A stretch of 64,000 nt of DNA from assembly GCF_000026545.1 (NCBI RefSeq), contig NC_011601.1; one strand, 5' to 3'. The stretch comes from Escherichia coli O127:H6 str. E2348/69. Lineage in GTDB: Bacteria > Pseudomonadota > Gammaproteobacteria > Enterobacterales > Enterobacteriaceae. Both the position numbers and the translations under genes were made by a program. Shown here piece after piece: positions 54,372-64,000 of this stretch. Under the pieces are notes generated by a model, which saw nothing but the letters and a program-made list of their open reading frames with translations, was not told the origin of the DNA and searched no databases. Each line of letters starts with the position of its first letter. The first letter of the stretch is position 1.

Positions 54372-54902
54372 ATGAGAAACAAACCTTTTTATCTTCTTTG
54401 CGCTTTTTTGTGGCTGGCGGTAAGTCACGCTTTGGCTGCGGATAGCACGATTACTATCCGCGGCTATGTCAGAGATAATGGCTGTAGTGTGGCCGCTGAA
54501 TCAACCAATTTTACTGTTGATCTGATGGAAAACGCGGCGAAGCAATTTAACAACATTGGCGCGACGACTCCTGTCGTTCCATTTCGTATTTTGCTGTCAC
54601 CCTGTGGTAACGCTGTTTCTGCCGTAAAGGTTGGGTTTACTGGCGTTGCAGATAGCCACAATGCCAACCTGCTTGCACTTGAAAATACGGTGTCAGCGGC
54701 TGCGGGACTGGGAATACAGCTTCTGAATGAGCAGCAAAATGAGATACCCCTTAATGCCCCATCGTCCGCGATTTCGTGGACGACCCTGACGCCGGGTAAA
54801 CCAAATACGTTGAATTTTTACGCCCGGCTAATGGCGACACAGGTGCCTGTCACTGCGGGGCATATCAATGCCACGGCTACCTTCACTCTTGAATATCAGT
54901 AA
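54372..54902 (+). CDS. fimF: Type 1 fimbrial minor subunit FimF
   Basis: 176-aa product beginning [22 protein letters not shown]. Confidence 0.9.
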   Translation: MRNKPFYLLCAFLWLAVSHALAADSTITIRGYVRDNGCSVAAESTNFTVDLMENAAKQFNNIGATTPVVPFRILLSPCGNAVSAVKVGFTGVADSHNANLLALENTVSAAAGLGIQLLNEQQNEIPLNAPSSAISWTTLTPGKPNTLNFYARLMATQVPVTAGHINATATFTLEYQ

Positions 54903-54914
54903 CTGGAGATGCTC

Positions 54915-55418
54915 ATGAAATGGCGCAAACGTGGGTATTTATTGGCGGCAATGTTGGCGTTCGCAAGTGCGACGATACAGGCAGCCGATGTCACCATCAC
55001 GGTTAACGGTAAGGTCGTCGCCAAACCGTGTACGGTTTCCACCACCAATGCCACGGTAGATCTCGGCGATCTTTATTCTTTCAGTCTGATGTCTGCCGGG
55101 GCGGCATCGGCCTGGCATGATGTTGCGCTTGAGTTGACTAATTGTCCGGTGGGAACGTCGAGGGTCACTGCCAGCTTCAGCGGGGCAGCCGACAGTACCG
55201 GATATTATAAAAACCAGGGGACCGCGCAAAACATCCAGTTAGAGCTACAGGATGACAGTGGCAACACATTGAATACTGGCGCAACCAAAACAGTTCAGGT
55301 GGATGATTCCTCACAATCAGCGCACTTCCCGTTACAGGTCAGAGCATTGACGGTAAATGGCGGAGCCACTCAGGGAACCATTCAGGCAGTGATTAGCATC
55401 ACCTATACCTACAGCTGA
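54915..55418 (+). CDS. fimG: Type 1 fimbrial minor subunit FimG
   Basis: 167-aa product beginning MKWRKRGYLLAAMLAFASATIQA. Confidence 0.9.
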   Translation: MKWRKRGYLLAAMLAFASATIQAADVTITVNGKVVAKPCTVSTTNATVDLGDLYSFSLMSAGAASAWHDVALELTNCPVGTSRVTASFSGAADSTGYYKNQGTAQNIQLELQDDSGNTLNTGATKTVQVDDSSQSAHFPLQVRALTVNGGATQGTIQAVISITYTYS

Positions 55419-55437
55419 ACCCAAAGAGATGATTGTA

Positions 55438-56340
55438 ATGAAACGAGTTATTACCCTGTTTGCTGTACTGCTGATGGGCTGGTCGGTAAATGCCTGGTCA
55501 TTCGCCTGTAAAACCGCCAATGGTACCGCAATCCCTATTGGCGGTGGCAGCGCCAATGTTTATGTAAACCTTGCGCCTGCCGTGAATGTGGGGCAAAACC
55601 TGGTCGTGGATCTTTCGACGCAAATCTTTTGCCATAACGATTACCCGGAAACCATTACAGATTATGTCACACTGCAACGAGGCTCGGCTTATGGCGGCGT
55701 GTTATCTAATTTTTCCGGGACCGTAAAATATAGTGGCAGTAGCTATCCATTTCCTACCACCAGTGAAACGCCGCGGGTTGTTTATAATTCGAGAACGGAT
55801 AAGCCGTGGCCGGTGGCGCTTTATTTGACGCCTGTGAGCAGTGCGGGCGGGGTGGCGATTAAAGCTGGCTCATTAATTGCCATGCTTATTTTGCGACAGA
55901 CCAACAACTATAACAGCGATGATTTCCAGTTTGTGTGGAATATTTACGCCAATAATGATGTGGTGGTGCCTACTGGCGGCTGCGATGTTTCTGCTCGTGA
56001 TGTCACCGTTACTCTGCCGGACTACCCTGGTTCAGTGCCGATTCCTCTTACCGTTTATTGTGCGAAAAGCCAAAACCTGGGGTATTACCTCTCCGGCACA
56101 ACCGCAGATGCGGGCAACTCGATTTTCACCAATACCGCGTCGTTTTCACCCGCGCAGGGCGTCGGCGTACAGTTGACGCGCAACGGTACGATTATTCCAG
56201 CGAATAACACGGTATCGTTAGGAGCAGTAGAGACTTCGGCGGTAAGTCTGGGATTAACGGCAAATTACGCACGTACCGGAGGGCAGGTGACTGCAGGGAA
56301 TGTGCAATCGATTATTGGCGTGACATTTGTTTATCAATAA
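55438..56340 (+). CDS. fimH: Type 1 fimbrial mannose-binding adhesin FimH
   Basis: 300-aa product beginning MKRVITLFAVLLMGWSVNAWS FACKTANGTAIPIGGGSANVYVNLAP. Confidence 0.95.
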   Translation: MKRVITLFAVLLMGWSVNAWSFACKTANGTAIPIGGGSANVYVNLAPAVNVGQNLVVDLSTQIFCHNDYPETITDYVTLQRGSAYGGVLSNFSGTVKYSGSSYPFPTTSETPRVVYNSRTDKPWPVALYLTPVSSAGGVAIKAGSLIAMLILRQTNNYNSDDFQFVWNIYANNDVVVPTGGCDVSARDVTVTLPDYPGSVPIPLTVYCAKSQNLGYYLSGTTADAGNSIFTNTASFSPAQGVGVQLTRNGTIIPANNTVSLGAVETSAVSLGLTANYARTGGQVTAGNVQSIIGVTFVYQ

Positions 56341-56373
56341 AGAAATCACAGGACATTGCTAATGCTGGTACCT

Positions 56374-56456
56374 GAGGCGCTACGCTATCAGACCTACAAA
56401 ACCTGCACGTTAGCCCTTTGTAGGCCAGATGCGCCAGCGTCGCATCTGGCATAAAC
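56374..56456. repeat. REP-like palindromic units downstream of fimH
   Basis: ttgtaggccagatgcgccagcgtcgcatctggcataaac and an adjacent partial unit. Confidence 0.55.
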
Positions 56457-56515
56457 AAAGCGCACTTTGCCGACAATCCGAACAGAGCCTGCCATTGGCA
56501 GGCTCCGGTGTTCTT

Positions 56516-56732
56516 TTACGCTACCATGCTAATAATCAACACCATAATCAGCCCAACCACGGAGTTGACCAGCTCCAGCAGACCCCAGGTTTTCAACGTG
56601 TCTTTTACTGACAGGTCAAAGTAATCTAAGAGGCATTGCTAATGTAGGGAATGTGTCTGAACCTGCGGTCATTGTCAGTACCAGCATCAGACCAATGCCG
56701 AATACCACTCAGAGAATGTTAAGCACATGCAT
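56516..56732 (-). pseudogene. gntP: Remnant of a gluconate:H+ symporter (GntP-family) gene: N-terminal about 20 codons fused out of frame to the C-terminal about 35 codons
   Basis: Minus-strand translation gives MHVLNIL*VVFGIGLMLVLTMTAGSD... then, in another frame, ...[33 protein letters not shown]; a hairpin terminator follows the stop. Only about 217 bp where an intact gene would be about 1.3 kb. Confidence 0.6.
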
Positions 56733-56883
56733 AGCGTTTTACCTTACCTGGTTGAACCGTTGTTATTTTGGGCGACATGTTATGTAAATTGGTCAACCAT
56801 TGTTGCGATGAATGTCACATCCTCTGATCAATAACCATCGATTACCCTTTGCTGCAATTTGCAGCAACAACCAGGAGAGTGAA

Positions 56884-56902
56884 ATTCTTGTGATGTGGTT
56901 AA
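56884..56902. promoter_or_regulatory. Putative UxuR/ExuR operator (palindrome tggttaacca) upstream of uxuA
   Basis: atgtggttaaccaatttt contains a perfect 10-bp palindrome resembling the ExuR/UxuR box, followed by a TTGACA -35-like hexamer. Confidence 0.5.
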
Positions 56903-57071
56903 CCAATTTTAGAATTCGGGTTGACATGTCTTACCAAAAGGTAGAACTTATACGCCATCTCATCCGATGCGACGCTACGGCTGTGGCCGGGTTGTTCATC
57001 CGGATACCTAAACAACTCCGGGGTTCCGCGTCTCTTCGCTGTTGAACCCACTATGTGAAAGAGGAAAAATC

Positions 57072-58256
57072 ATGGAACAGACCTGGCGCTGGTACGGCCC
57101 AAACGATCCGGTTTCTTTAGCTGATGTCCGTCAGGCGGGCGCAACTGGCGTGGTTACCGCGCTGCACCATATCCCGAATGGCGAAGTATGGTCCGTTGAA
57201 GAGATCCTCAAACGCAAGGCGATCGTTGAAGACGCAGGCCTGGTATGGTCTGTCGTAGAAAGCGTGCCAATTCACGAAGATATCAAAACCCACACCGGCA
57301 ACTATGAGCAGTGGATCGCTAACTATCAGCAGACTCTGCGCAACCTGGCGCAGTGCGGCATTCGCACCGTGTGCTACAACTTCATGCCGGTGCTCGACTG
57401 GACCCGTACTGACCTCGAATACGTGCTGCCAGACGGCTCCAAAGCTCTGCGCTTCGACCAGATCGAATTCGCTGCATTCGAAATGCATATCCTGAAGCGT
57501 CCAGGCGCGGAAGCGGATTACACCGAAGAAGAAATTGCTCAGGCCGCAGTTCGCTTCGCTACCATGAGCGACGAAGACAAAGCGCGTCTGACCCGTAACA
57601 TCATTGCCGGTCTGCCAGGTGCGGAAGAAGGGTATACCCTCGACCAGTTCCGTAAGCACCTGGAGCTATACAAAGATATCGACAAAGCCAAACTGCGCGA
57701 AAACTTTGCCGTCTTCCTGAAAGCGATTATTCCGGTTGCCGAAGAAGTTGGCGTGCGTATGGCGGTTCACCCGGACGATCCGCCGCGCCCGATCCTCGGC
57801 CTGCCGCGCATTGTTTCCACCATTGAAGATATGCAGTGGATGGTTGATACCGTAAACAGCATGGCGAACGGTTTCACCATGTGCACCGGTTCCTACGGCG
57901 TGCGTGCTGACAACGATCTGGTTGATATGATCAAGCAGTTCGGTCCGCGTATTTACTTCACCCATCTGCGCTCCACCATGCGTGAAGATAACCCGAAAAC
58001 CTTCCACGAAGCGGCGCACCTGAACGGTGACGTTGATATGTACGAAGTGGTGAAAGCGATTGTTGAAGAAGAACACCGTCGTAAAGCGGAAGGCAAAGAA
58101 GACCTGATCCCGATGCGTCCGGACCACGGTCATCAGATGCTGGACGACCTGAAGAAGAAAACCAATCCTGGTTACTCCGCAATTGGTCGTCTGAAAGGCC
58201 TGGCCGAAGTTCGCGGTGTCGAACTGGCGATCCAGCGCGCTTTCTTTAGCCGTTAA
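57072..58256 (+). CDS. uxuA: Mannonate dehydratase
   Basis: 394-aa product beginning [28 protein letters not shown]. Confidence 0.95.
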
Positions 58257-58336
58257 TACCCACCGGCATGGCTGCGCGCCGTGCCGGTTCCTTCTTCCTT
58301 GCCGTCACTCTCTGAAGACGGATTCTGGAGTTTACG

Positions 58337-59797
58337 ATGACTACTATTGTTGACAGCAATCTGCCGGTTGCCCGCCCGTCATGGGATCATTCTCGTCTGG
58401 AATCACGCATTGTGCATCTCGGTTGCGGGGCGTTTCACCGCGCGCACCAGGCGCTGTATACCCATCATCTGCTGGAAAGTACCGACAGCGACTGGGGTAT
58501 CTGCGAAGTTAACCTGATGCCAGGCAACGACCGCGTGCTGATCGAAAACCTGAAAAAACAGCAACTGCTGTACACCGTGGCGGAAAAAGGCGCGGAAAGC
58601 ACCGAGCTGAAAATTATCGGTTCGATGAAAGAAGCGCTGCATCCGGAAATCGACGGCTGCGAAGGTATTCTCAACGCGATGGCGCGTCCGCAGACGGCGA
58701 TTGTCTCCCTGACGGTCACGGAAAAAGGCTACTGTGCCGATGCGGCAAGCGGTCAGTTGGATCTCAATAACCCGCTGATCAAGCACGATCTCGAAAACCC
58801 GACTGCGCCGAAGTCTGCGATTGGTTACATCGTAGAAGCCCTGCGGCTGCGTCGTGAAAAAGGGCTGAAAGCGTTTACGGTGATGTCCTGCGATAACGTG
58901 CGTGAAAACGGTCATGTGGCGAAGGTCGCCGTTCTTGGGCTGGCTCAGGCGCGTGACCCGCAACTGGCGGCATGGATTGAAGAAAACGTCACCTTCCCGT
59001 GCACCATGGTTGACCGCATCGTTCCGGCGGCGACGCCAGAAACCTTACAGGAAATTGCTGACCAGCTGGGTGTTTACGACCCGTGCGCCATTGCCTGCGA
59101 ACCGTTCCGTCAGTGGGTGATTGAAGATAACTTCGTTAATGGTCGCCCGGACTGGGATAAAGTCGGCGCGCAGTTTGTTGCGGATGTTGTACCGTTCGAA
59201 ATGATGAAGCTGCGTATGCTGAACGGTAGCCACTCTTTCCTGGCGTACCTCGGTTACCTCGGCGGCTATGAAACTATTGCCGACACCATGACTAACCCGG
59301 CTTATCGCAAAGCGGCCTTTGCCCTGATGATGCAGGAACAAGCGCCAACGCTGTCGATGCCGGAAGGTACAGACCTGAACGCTTATGCGACGCTGCTGAT
59401 CGAGCGTTTCAGCAACCCGTCTCTGCGTCACCGTACCTGGCAGATTGCAATGGACGGCAGCCAGAAGTTACCACAGCGTCTGCTGGATCCGGTGCGTTTG
59501 CACCTGCAAAACGGCGGTAGCTGGCGTCACCTGGCGCTGGGCGTGGCGGGCTGGATGCGTTACACCCAGGGCGTGGATGAGCAGGGTAATGCCATTGACG
59601 TGGTTGACCCGATGCTGGCGGAGTTCCAGAAGATCAACGCGCAGTATCAGGGTGCAGACCGCGTGAAAGCACTGCTGGGCCTGAGCGGTATCTTTGCCGA
59701 TGATCTGCCGCAGAACGCCGACTTTGTTGGCGCGGTGACGGCGGCATATCAGCAGCTGTGTGAGCGCGGTGCGCGCGAGTGTGTGGCTGCGCTGTAA
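58337..59797 (+). CDS. uxuB: D-mannonate oxidoreductase
   Basis: 486-aa ORF; mannitol dehydrogenase family; follows uxuA. Confidence 0.95.
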   Translation: MTTIVDSNLPVARPSWDHSRLESRIVHLGCGAFHRAHQALYTHHLLESTDSDWGICEVNLMPGNDRVLIENLKKQQLLYTVAEKGAESTELKIIGSMKEALHPEIDGCEGILNAMARPQTAIVSLTVTEKGYCADAASGQLDLNNPLIKHDLENPTAPKSAIGYIVEALRLRREKGLKAFTVMSCDNVRENGHVAKVAVLGLAQARDPQLAAWIEENVTFPCTMVDRIVPAATPETLQEIADQLGVYDPCAIACEPFRQWVIEDNFVNGRPDWDKVGAQFVADVVPFEMMKLRMLNGSHSFLAYLGYLGGYETIADTMTNPAYRKAAFALMMQEQAPTLSMPEGTDLNAYATLLIERFSNPSLRHRTWQIAMDGSQKLPQRLLDPVRLHLQNGGSWRHLALGVAGWMRYTQGVDEQGNAIDVVDPMLAEFQKINAQYQGADRVKALLGLSGIFADDLPQNADFVGAVTAAYQQLCERGARECVAAL

Positions 59798-59821
59798 CTA
59801 ACTGATTACCCTACAGACTTA

Positions 59822-59866
59822 CTGGTCAATCAAACTAATATTTGGTTGACCAGTTTTCGTTTTTTT
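59822..59866 (+). terminator. Rho-independent terminator after uxuB
   Basis: Hairpin ctggtcaa...ttgaccag followed by ttttcgttttttt. Confidence 0.75.
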
Positions 59867-59935
59867 GCCCACCTGTACGTGCCAACATCCAGTGCTAATG
59901 GTATAGTTTGAGCTTAACGGGTGCCGTAAAATTGC

Positions 59936-59973
<38 letters not shown>

Positions 59974-60011
59974 AAAAAATTTGATTAACCGCACCTAACG
60001 GACACAACACC

Positions 60012-60785
60012 ATGAAATCTGCCACCTCTGCGCAAAGACCTTACCAGGAAGTCGGGGCGATGATCCGCGATCTGATCATAAAGACGCCGTACAATCCTGG
60101 CGAACGGCTGCCACCGGAGCGTGAAATTGCAGAAATGCTTGATGTCACGCGGACGGTGGTACGTGAAGCGCTGATCATGCTGGAGATCAAAGGGCTGGTG
60201 GAAGTGCGTCGGGGTGCAGGTATCTATGTTCTTGATAGCTCAGGCAGCCACAACGCAGACAGTCCGGATGCCAACGTCTGCAACGATGCCGGTCCTTTTG
60301 AGCTGTTACAGGCGCGGCAGTTACTGGAAAGTAACATCGCCGAGTTTGCCGCCCTGCAGGCTACCCGCGAAGATATCGTCAAAATGCGCCAGGCATTGCA
60401 ACTGGAAGAGCGTGAACTGGCTTCCAGCGCGCCGGGCAGCAGCGAAAGCGGTGACATGCAGTTCCATCTCGCTATTGCCGAAGCAACGCATAACAGCATG
60501 CTGGTGGAGTTATTCCGTCAGTCCTGGCAGTGGCGGGAAAACAATCCAATGTGGATCCAGTTGCACAGCCACCTGGATGACAGCCTGTATCGCAAAGAGT
60601 GGTTGGGCGATCACAAACAGATCCTCGCCGCGTTAATCAAAAAAGATGCCCGAGCGGCGAAGCTGGCAATGTGGCAGCATCTGGAGAATGTGAAGCAGCG
60701 CTTGCTGGAGTTCTCTAATGTTGATGACATCTATTTCGATGGCTATCTGTTTGATTCATGGCCGCTGGATAAAGTCGACGCCTGA
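60012..60785 (+). CDS. uxuR: GntR-family transcriptional repressor of the uxu regulon
   Basis: 257-aa ORF with N-terminal GntR HTH and FadR-type C-terminal domain; position after uxuAB. Confidence 0.92.
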   Translation: MKSATSAQRPYQEVGAMIRDLIIKTPYNPGERLPPEREIAEMLDVTRTVVREALIMLEIKGLVEVRRGAGIYVLDSSGSHNADSPDANVCNDAGPFELLQARQLLESNIAEFAALQATREDIVKMRQALQLEERELASSAPGSSESGDMQFHLAIAEATHNSMLVELFRQSWQWRENNPMWIQLHSHLDDSLYRKEWLGDHKQILAALIKKDARAAKLAMWQHLENVKQRLLEFSNVDDIYFDGYLFDSWPLDKVDA

Positions 60786-61189
60786 TCCCTCATTTCTGGT
60801 GCAAAGTTGAACCGCTTTGCACTATGTATGTTCCCTGAATAGTTAATTATGTTCTGCAGAATATATTATGCGTAAATTAATCATTACGTACGATATATTG
60901 TTTTGGAATAATTATATATCAGTTTAACGCTGAGAAATTATTCGGAATAATCAGAATATGTTAACGTATTTCCGTTATGTTTAATGACTTTTGTCAAATG
61001 ATACCTTTTTAAATAAAAAGTCAGTGGATATTCTTTTCTGTACAGTGTTTTATCTTTGGCGGATCTTATAAATCCCTTATGAAAGTGCCAGGGACGCAAT
61101 GAGCATAAAGGAATGATTATGGAATATGAGCATCAACCCAGTGGTGTCCGGCAGCCAGGGCAGGATACAGATGCCACTAAACGTCAGGA

Positions 61190-61582
61190 GTGCGCAAAAT
61201 GATGCGCCAATCAGTTCAGACGGTATTACCTGAAAGTACAGGAAACAATACGTTATCGCTGCGTGATTCCGTATGCCGGGATCTCTTTCAACTTTTTAGT
61301 TCTCCCCATTCACCGCTACCAATATTACTTGTTTCAGGCATGCCTGAGTGGCAAGGGCATAATCAGAGCGACAAGCTTCTCCAGAGTTGGTATTGCCGCC
61401 AGTTACGTTCCGCGCTTTTATTTCATGAGCCACGTATTGCGGCATTGCAGGTCAATCTGAAAGCAGTCTATTGCCACGAGTTGGTCATTAGTCTGGATAT
61501 GATGCTGTACCACGATGATGAGCCGCTAACGTTTGACCTGGTCTGGCAGAAGGGGAGCTGGCATCGCACGATGCCGCAGTAA
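61190..61582 (+). CDS. iraD: Anti-adapter protein IraD-like
   Basis: 130-aa ORF; position between uxuR and hypT and size match IraD (YjiD); sequence only partly recognised. Confidence 0.6.
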   Translation: MRKMMRQSVQTVLPESTGNNTLSLRDSVCRDLFQLFSSPHSPLPILLVSGMPEWQGHNQSDKLLQSWYCRQLRSALLFHEPRIAALQVNLKAVYCHELVISLDMMLYHDDEPLTFDLVWQKGSWHRTMPQ

Positions 61583-61629
61583 ATGACGGGAAACGCGATA
61601 CGCGCAAGACGTATCGCGTTAGGTCACAA

Positions 61630-61971
61630 TTAGTGGGAGGTTCTGATTGCTGCTTTCAAGGCCGGAAGCCGGGACGGACTGGCACTGAGCTTATCAATCC
61701 CCATGGTGAGCAGTCGTGCTGTTTGCTGGGTATCTCCAGCCATTTCGCCGCACATACTGACCGGAATTTCATTATTACGTCCGGCCTGACACACCATAGC
61801 AATAGCGTTAATCACCGCGTCATTACGATAATCGACCAGTTCCGCGACGGTGCTATTTCCTCTGTCTGCCGCCATAATATATTGCGTCAGATCGTTGGTG
61901 CCGATGGAAAAGAAATCGACTTCACTGGCTAATTTTTCTGCAATCATGACTGCAGCAGGAACCTCAATCAT
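61630..61971 (-). pseudogene. C-terminal fragment of a PEP-utilizing enzyme (enzyme I / PEP synthase-like) gene
   Basis: 113-aa ORF containing the PEP-utilizing enzyme signature DFFSIGTNDLTQYIMAADR but lacking the rest of a protein that is normally over 500 aa. Confidence 0.5.
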
Positions 61972-62007
61972 AATTCCCAGCGCCGGAAGATTTTCTGCAG
62001 AAAACTT

Positions 62008-62919
62008 TCAGCCAGGTTCAATCTCCAGCTCGCGCAGTTCACGCCAGAAGCGTTCGGCAACTGGATTCATGCGGGTATTCATCCGGTATGCATAGGCCTG
62101 AATCGGGATTACCAGTTCGTCCCGATTCAGTACAACGAGCTGCCCGCTGCGAATTTCTTGTTGTATGGCGTACTCCGGTAGCCAGGCAATCCCACAGCCG
62201 TCGAGGGCAACCTGCTTTAAAAGCTCGCTCATCGAAGAGACAAAAAAGGTGCTGAAACTCAACTCACTGTGGCGCGTCAGAGTGCGATTAATCAATCGTC
62301 CCATGTAGGAGTTGCGGCTGTAATTCAGTAACGGAAAGTGTGGCTGAGCGAGGTTAAAAAGTGCTTCTCCGTATTCGTCACTGGCGCAGACGGGGAACAA
62401 TTGAGATTCAAATAAGCGGATGTGGTCAAACGGCGCTTCCAGCAAATCTTCGTCGTGAAAGGAAAAAATACAGTCACTTTGCCCTTCGCGCAGTTTATCG
62501 ACCGCTTCATCGACATCAATGGCTTCAATTGCCCAGGTAAAGATCGGCGGCATCTGGCTGATAATGGACGGTAACAGACCGAGGGAAAGAGAGTGTGCAG
62601 CGGCTATCTTGATTTTACGTTGCGCGTAATCGCTGCCGCCACGCAGCTCTGCCAGATTGCTCTCTAACTGTTGCAACAGATGGCGGATCTGCGAATGGAA
62701 GATTTTCCCTTGTTCTGAGAGTTGCAGCGGCGTTACCTGGCGGTTAAATAATTCAACACCAATCGCCTGTTCCAGTGCACGGATGCGGCGGCTGAATGCT
62801 GGTTGCGAGACGTTGCGACTGACTGCCGCCTGGGAAAAATTGCGACATTTTTCCAGGGTCAGAAAATCATAAAGCCATTTGGTTTCAATGTTATGCAAAA
62901 CCGCACCACAGTCATCCAT
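62008..62919 (-). CDS. hypT: LysR-family transcriptional regulator (hypochlorite-responsive HypT)
   Basis: 303-aa product from the Met at 62919 (MDDCGAVLHNIETKWLYDFLTLEK...); LysR HTH; context next to iadA. Confidence 0.8.
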   Translation of the reverse strand: MDDCGAVLHNIETKWLYDFLTLEKCRNFSQAAVSRNVSQPAFSRRIRALEQAIGVELFNRQVTPLQLSEQGKIFHSQIRHLLQQLESNLAELRGGSDYAQRKIKIAAAHSLSLGLLPSIISQMPPIFTWAIEAIDVDEAVDKLREGQSDCIFSFHDEDLLEAPFDHIRLFESQLFPVCASDEYGEALFNLAQPHFPLLNYSRNSYMGRLINRTLTRHSELSFSTFFVSSMSELLKQVALDGCGIAWLPEYAIQQEIRSGQLVVLNRDELVIPIQAYAYRMNTRMNPVAERFWRELRELEIEPG

Positions 62920-62983
62920 TACGTTATACTCTGCCAGCCGCCCTTGCGGGCATTCTACGTCCATTCGGGCGGCTGACAACCGT

Positions 62984-64000
62984 TTATGCCGTTTCAAACG
63001 TTCCTTTCACGCAGGCTTTGCCGTCTTTGACCATCAGTTTGCCGCGAGCGTATACCTGCTCAATGCGCAATTCAGGCGTCATGACCAGTAAGTCTGCGTC
63101 ATTGCCTGGCAGAATTTCGCCTTTCCCGGTCAGGTTAAGGAAACCGGCTACGCTACTGGTGAGCGGGCGCAGGGCATCGCTGATACTGAAATCATAGTCT
63201 TTGACCAGCACCTGCACGGTTTCCAGCAATGTTTCAAAACCTGCAACACCGATATGGGTTAAATTTCCTTCGTCATCAAAGAACGGCTGGCTACCGTTGC
63301 CGTCGGAACTGAGGGTGACGCGTGCCAGCGGAATACCCGCCTGAACGGCGCGGGCAATACCTTCGGCAGGGGCGACCGGTTCGTCAATGCTGCTGGTGAT
63401 GTCGATGGTGCCGCCTTTGCGCGCGAACTCCAGCGCCTGCTCAAACAACGGAACGTTGCGGTTAACGTGGGTCGGCAGCAGCTTGCTGATCGGCACATCG
63501 CAGTTTTCCAGCAGGTCATAGACTGGCTGTAACGCCTTTTTGCTGTCACCCATGTGGAACACGGTGACGCCAGGTTTACCGCCGAGCAAACCGCCAACGC
63601 GGGATTCCGCCGCCATATTAGCCAGGTGATAAACGTCCGGTGCGGCAGAACGGTGATCAGAGATGGCGCATTTCACACCAATCACGCGATCGATAATCGC
63701 CACGTCTTTTTCCACGGAACCCGTAATAGTGCGGGAAGGGACATGATAAGCGCCGGTCAGCATCCAGGCGCTGATGCCTTCTTCATTGAGCGCACGGGTC
63801 TTGGCGAGCAGGGATTCCGGGTGGCGAGAGATAGAGTCGGTGCCCAGCAGGCCAACCACTGACGTGATGCCCGCTTCCGTCAGACGACTTAACGCCACTT
63901 CCGGCGTGCGTGTCGTGGGACCTGCTTCGCCGCCACCACCAATCAAATGGACGTGTTGATCAATAAAACCTGGGCAGAGGATCTGCCCGCTGAGATCGAC
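62984..64000 (-). CDS. iadA: Isoaspartyl dipeptidase (3' part; the 5' end lies beyond the window)
   Basis: Amidohydrolase-family ORF, open to the window edge; matches IadA C-terminal region and position. Confidence 0.85.
   Translation of the reverse strand, partial: VDLSGQILCPGFIDQHVHLIGGGGEAGPTTRTPEVALSRLTEAGITSVVGLLGTDSISRHPESLLAKTRALNEEGISAWMLTGAYHVPSRTITGSVEKDVAIIDRVIGVKCAISDHRSAAPDVYHLANMAAESRVGGLLGGKPGVTVFHMGDSKKALQPVYDLLENCDVPISKLLPTHVNRNVPLFEQALEFARKGGTIDITSSIDEPVAPAEGIARAVQAGIPLARVTLSSDGNGSQPFFDDEGNLTHIGVAGFETLLETVQVLVKDYDFSISDALRPLTSSVAGFLNLTGKGEILPGNDADLLVMTPELRIEQVYARGKLMVKDGKACVKGTFETA

Noticed and set aside
55438-56340. Pathoadaptive FimH allele calls (for example position 27 of the mature protein reads Ala, and position 163 region reads SLIAMLIL)
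   Set aside because: I cannot reliably recall the reference residues at each position from memory, so no variant claim is made; needs alignment to reference FimH.
56470-56770. Intact gntP between fimH and uxuA
   Set aside because: The available interval is about 0.7 kb and only short, frameshifted N- and C-terminal permease fragments are present.

Overview
This window reads as an Escherichia coli chromosomal segment, judged from protein sequences I recognise from memory; no database search was run. Conserved backbone: a partial 3' ORF, argI, rraB, yjgM, yjgN, valS, holC, pepA, lptF, lptG, yjgR, ahr and tRNA-Leu (leuX). Downstream of leuX lies a ~15 kb integrated element (15343-30403) bounded by a 31-bp direct repeat of the leuX 3' end. 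It carries a HEPN-like/membrane-protein cargo cassette, a serine recombinase, a RecQ-family helicase, a phage-satellite-like operon with HNH and EndoVII-like nucleases, and a tyrosine integrase at the distal end. Beyond the distal repeat is a ~13 kb restriction/defense cluster: an EcoR124-family type IC hsdM-hsdS-hsdR system whose hsdS carries three TAEL 12-bp repeats and non-EcoR124 target-recognition domains, a McrBC-like pair with a long unusual N-terminal domain, and two HNH nuclease genes, one interrupted by an in-frame amber codon. Core genes then resume: nanS-nanM-nanC, the complete type 1 fimbrial locus fimB-fimE-fimS-fimAICDFGH, a ~220-bp gntP deletion remnant, uxuA-uxuB-uxuR, iraD, hypT and the 3' part of iadA. 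The most promising candidates for an undescribed system are the leuX-proximal HEPN-like plus two membrane-protein cassette and the 300-aa gene beside the integrase; the restriction-type cluster between the distal repeat and nanS is secondary. From memory of K-12, the idn operon, intact gntP and yjiC are absent here.
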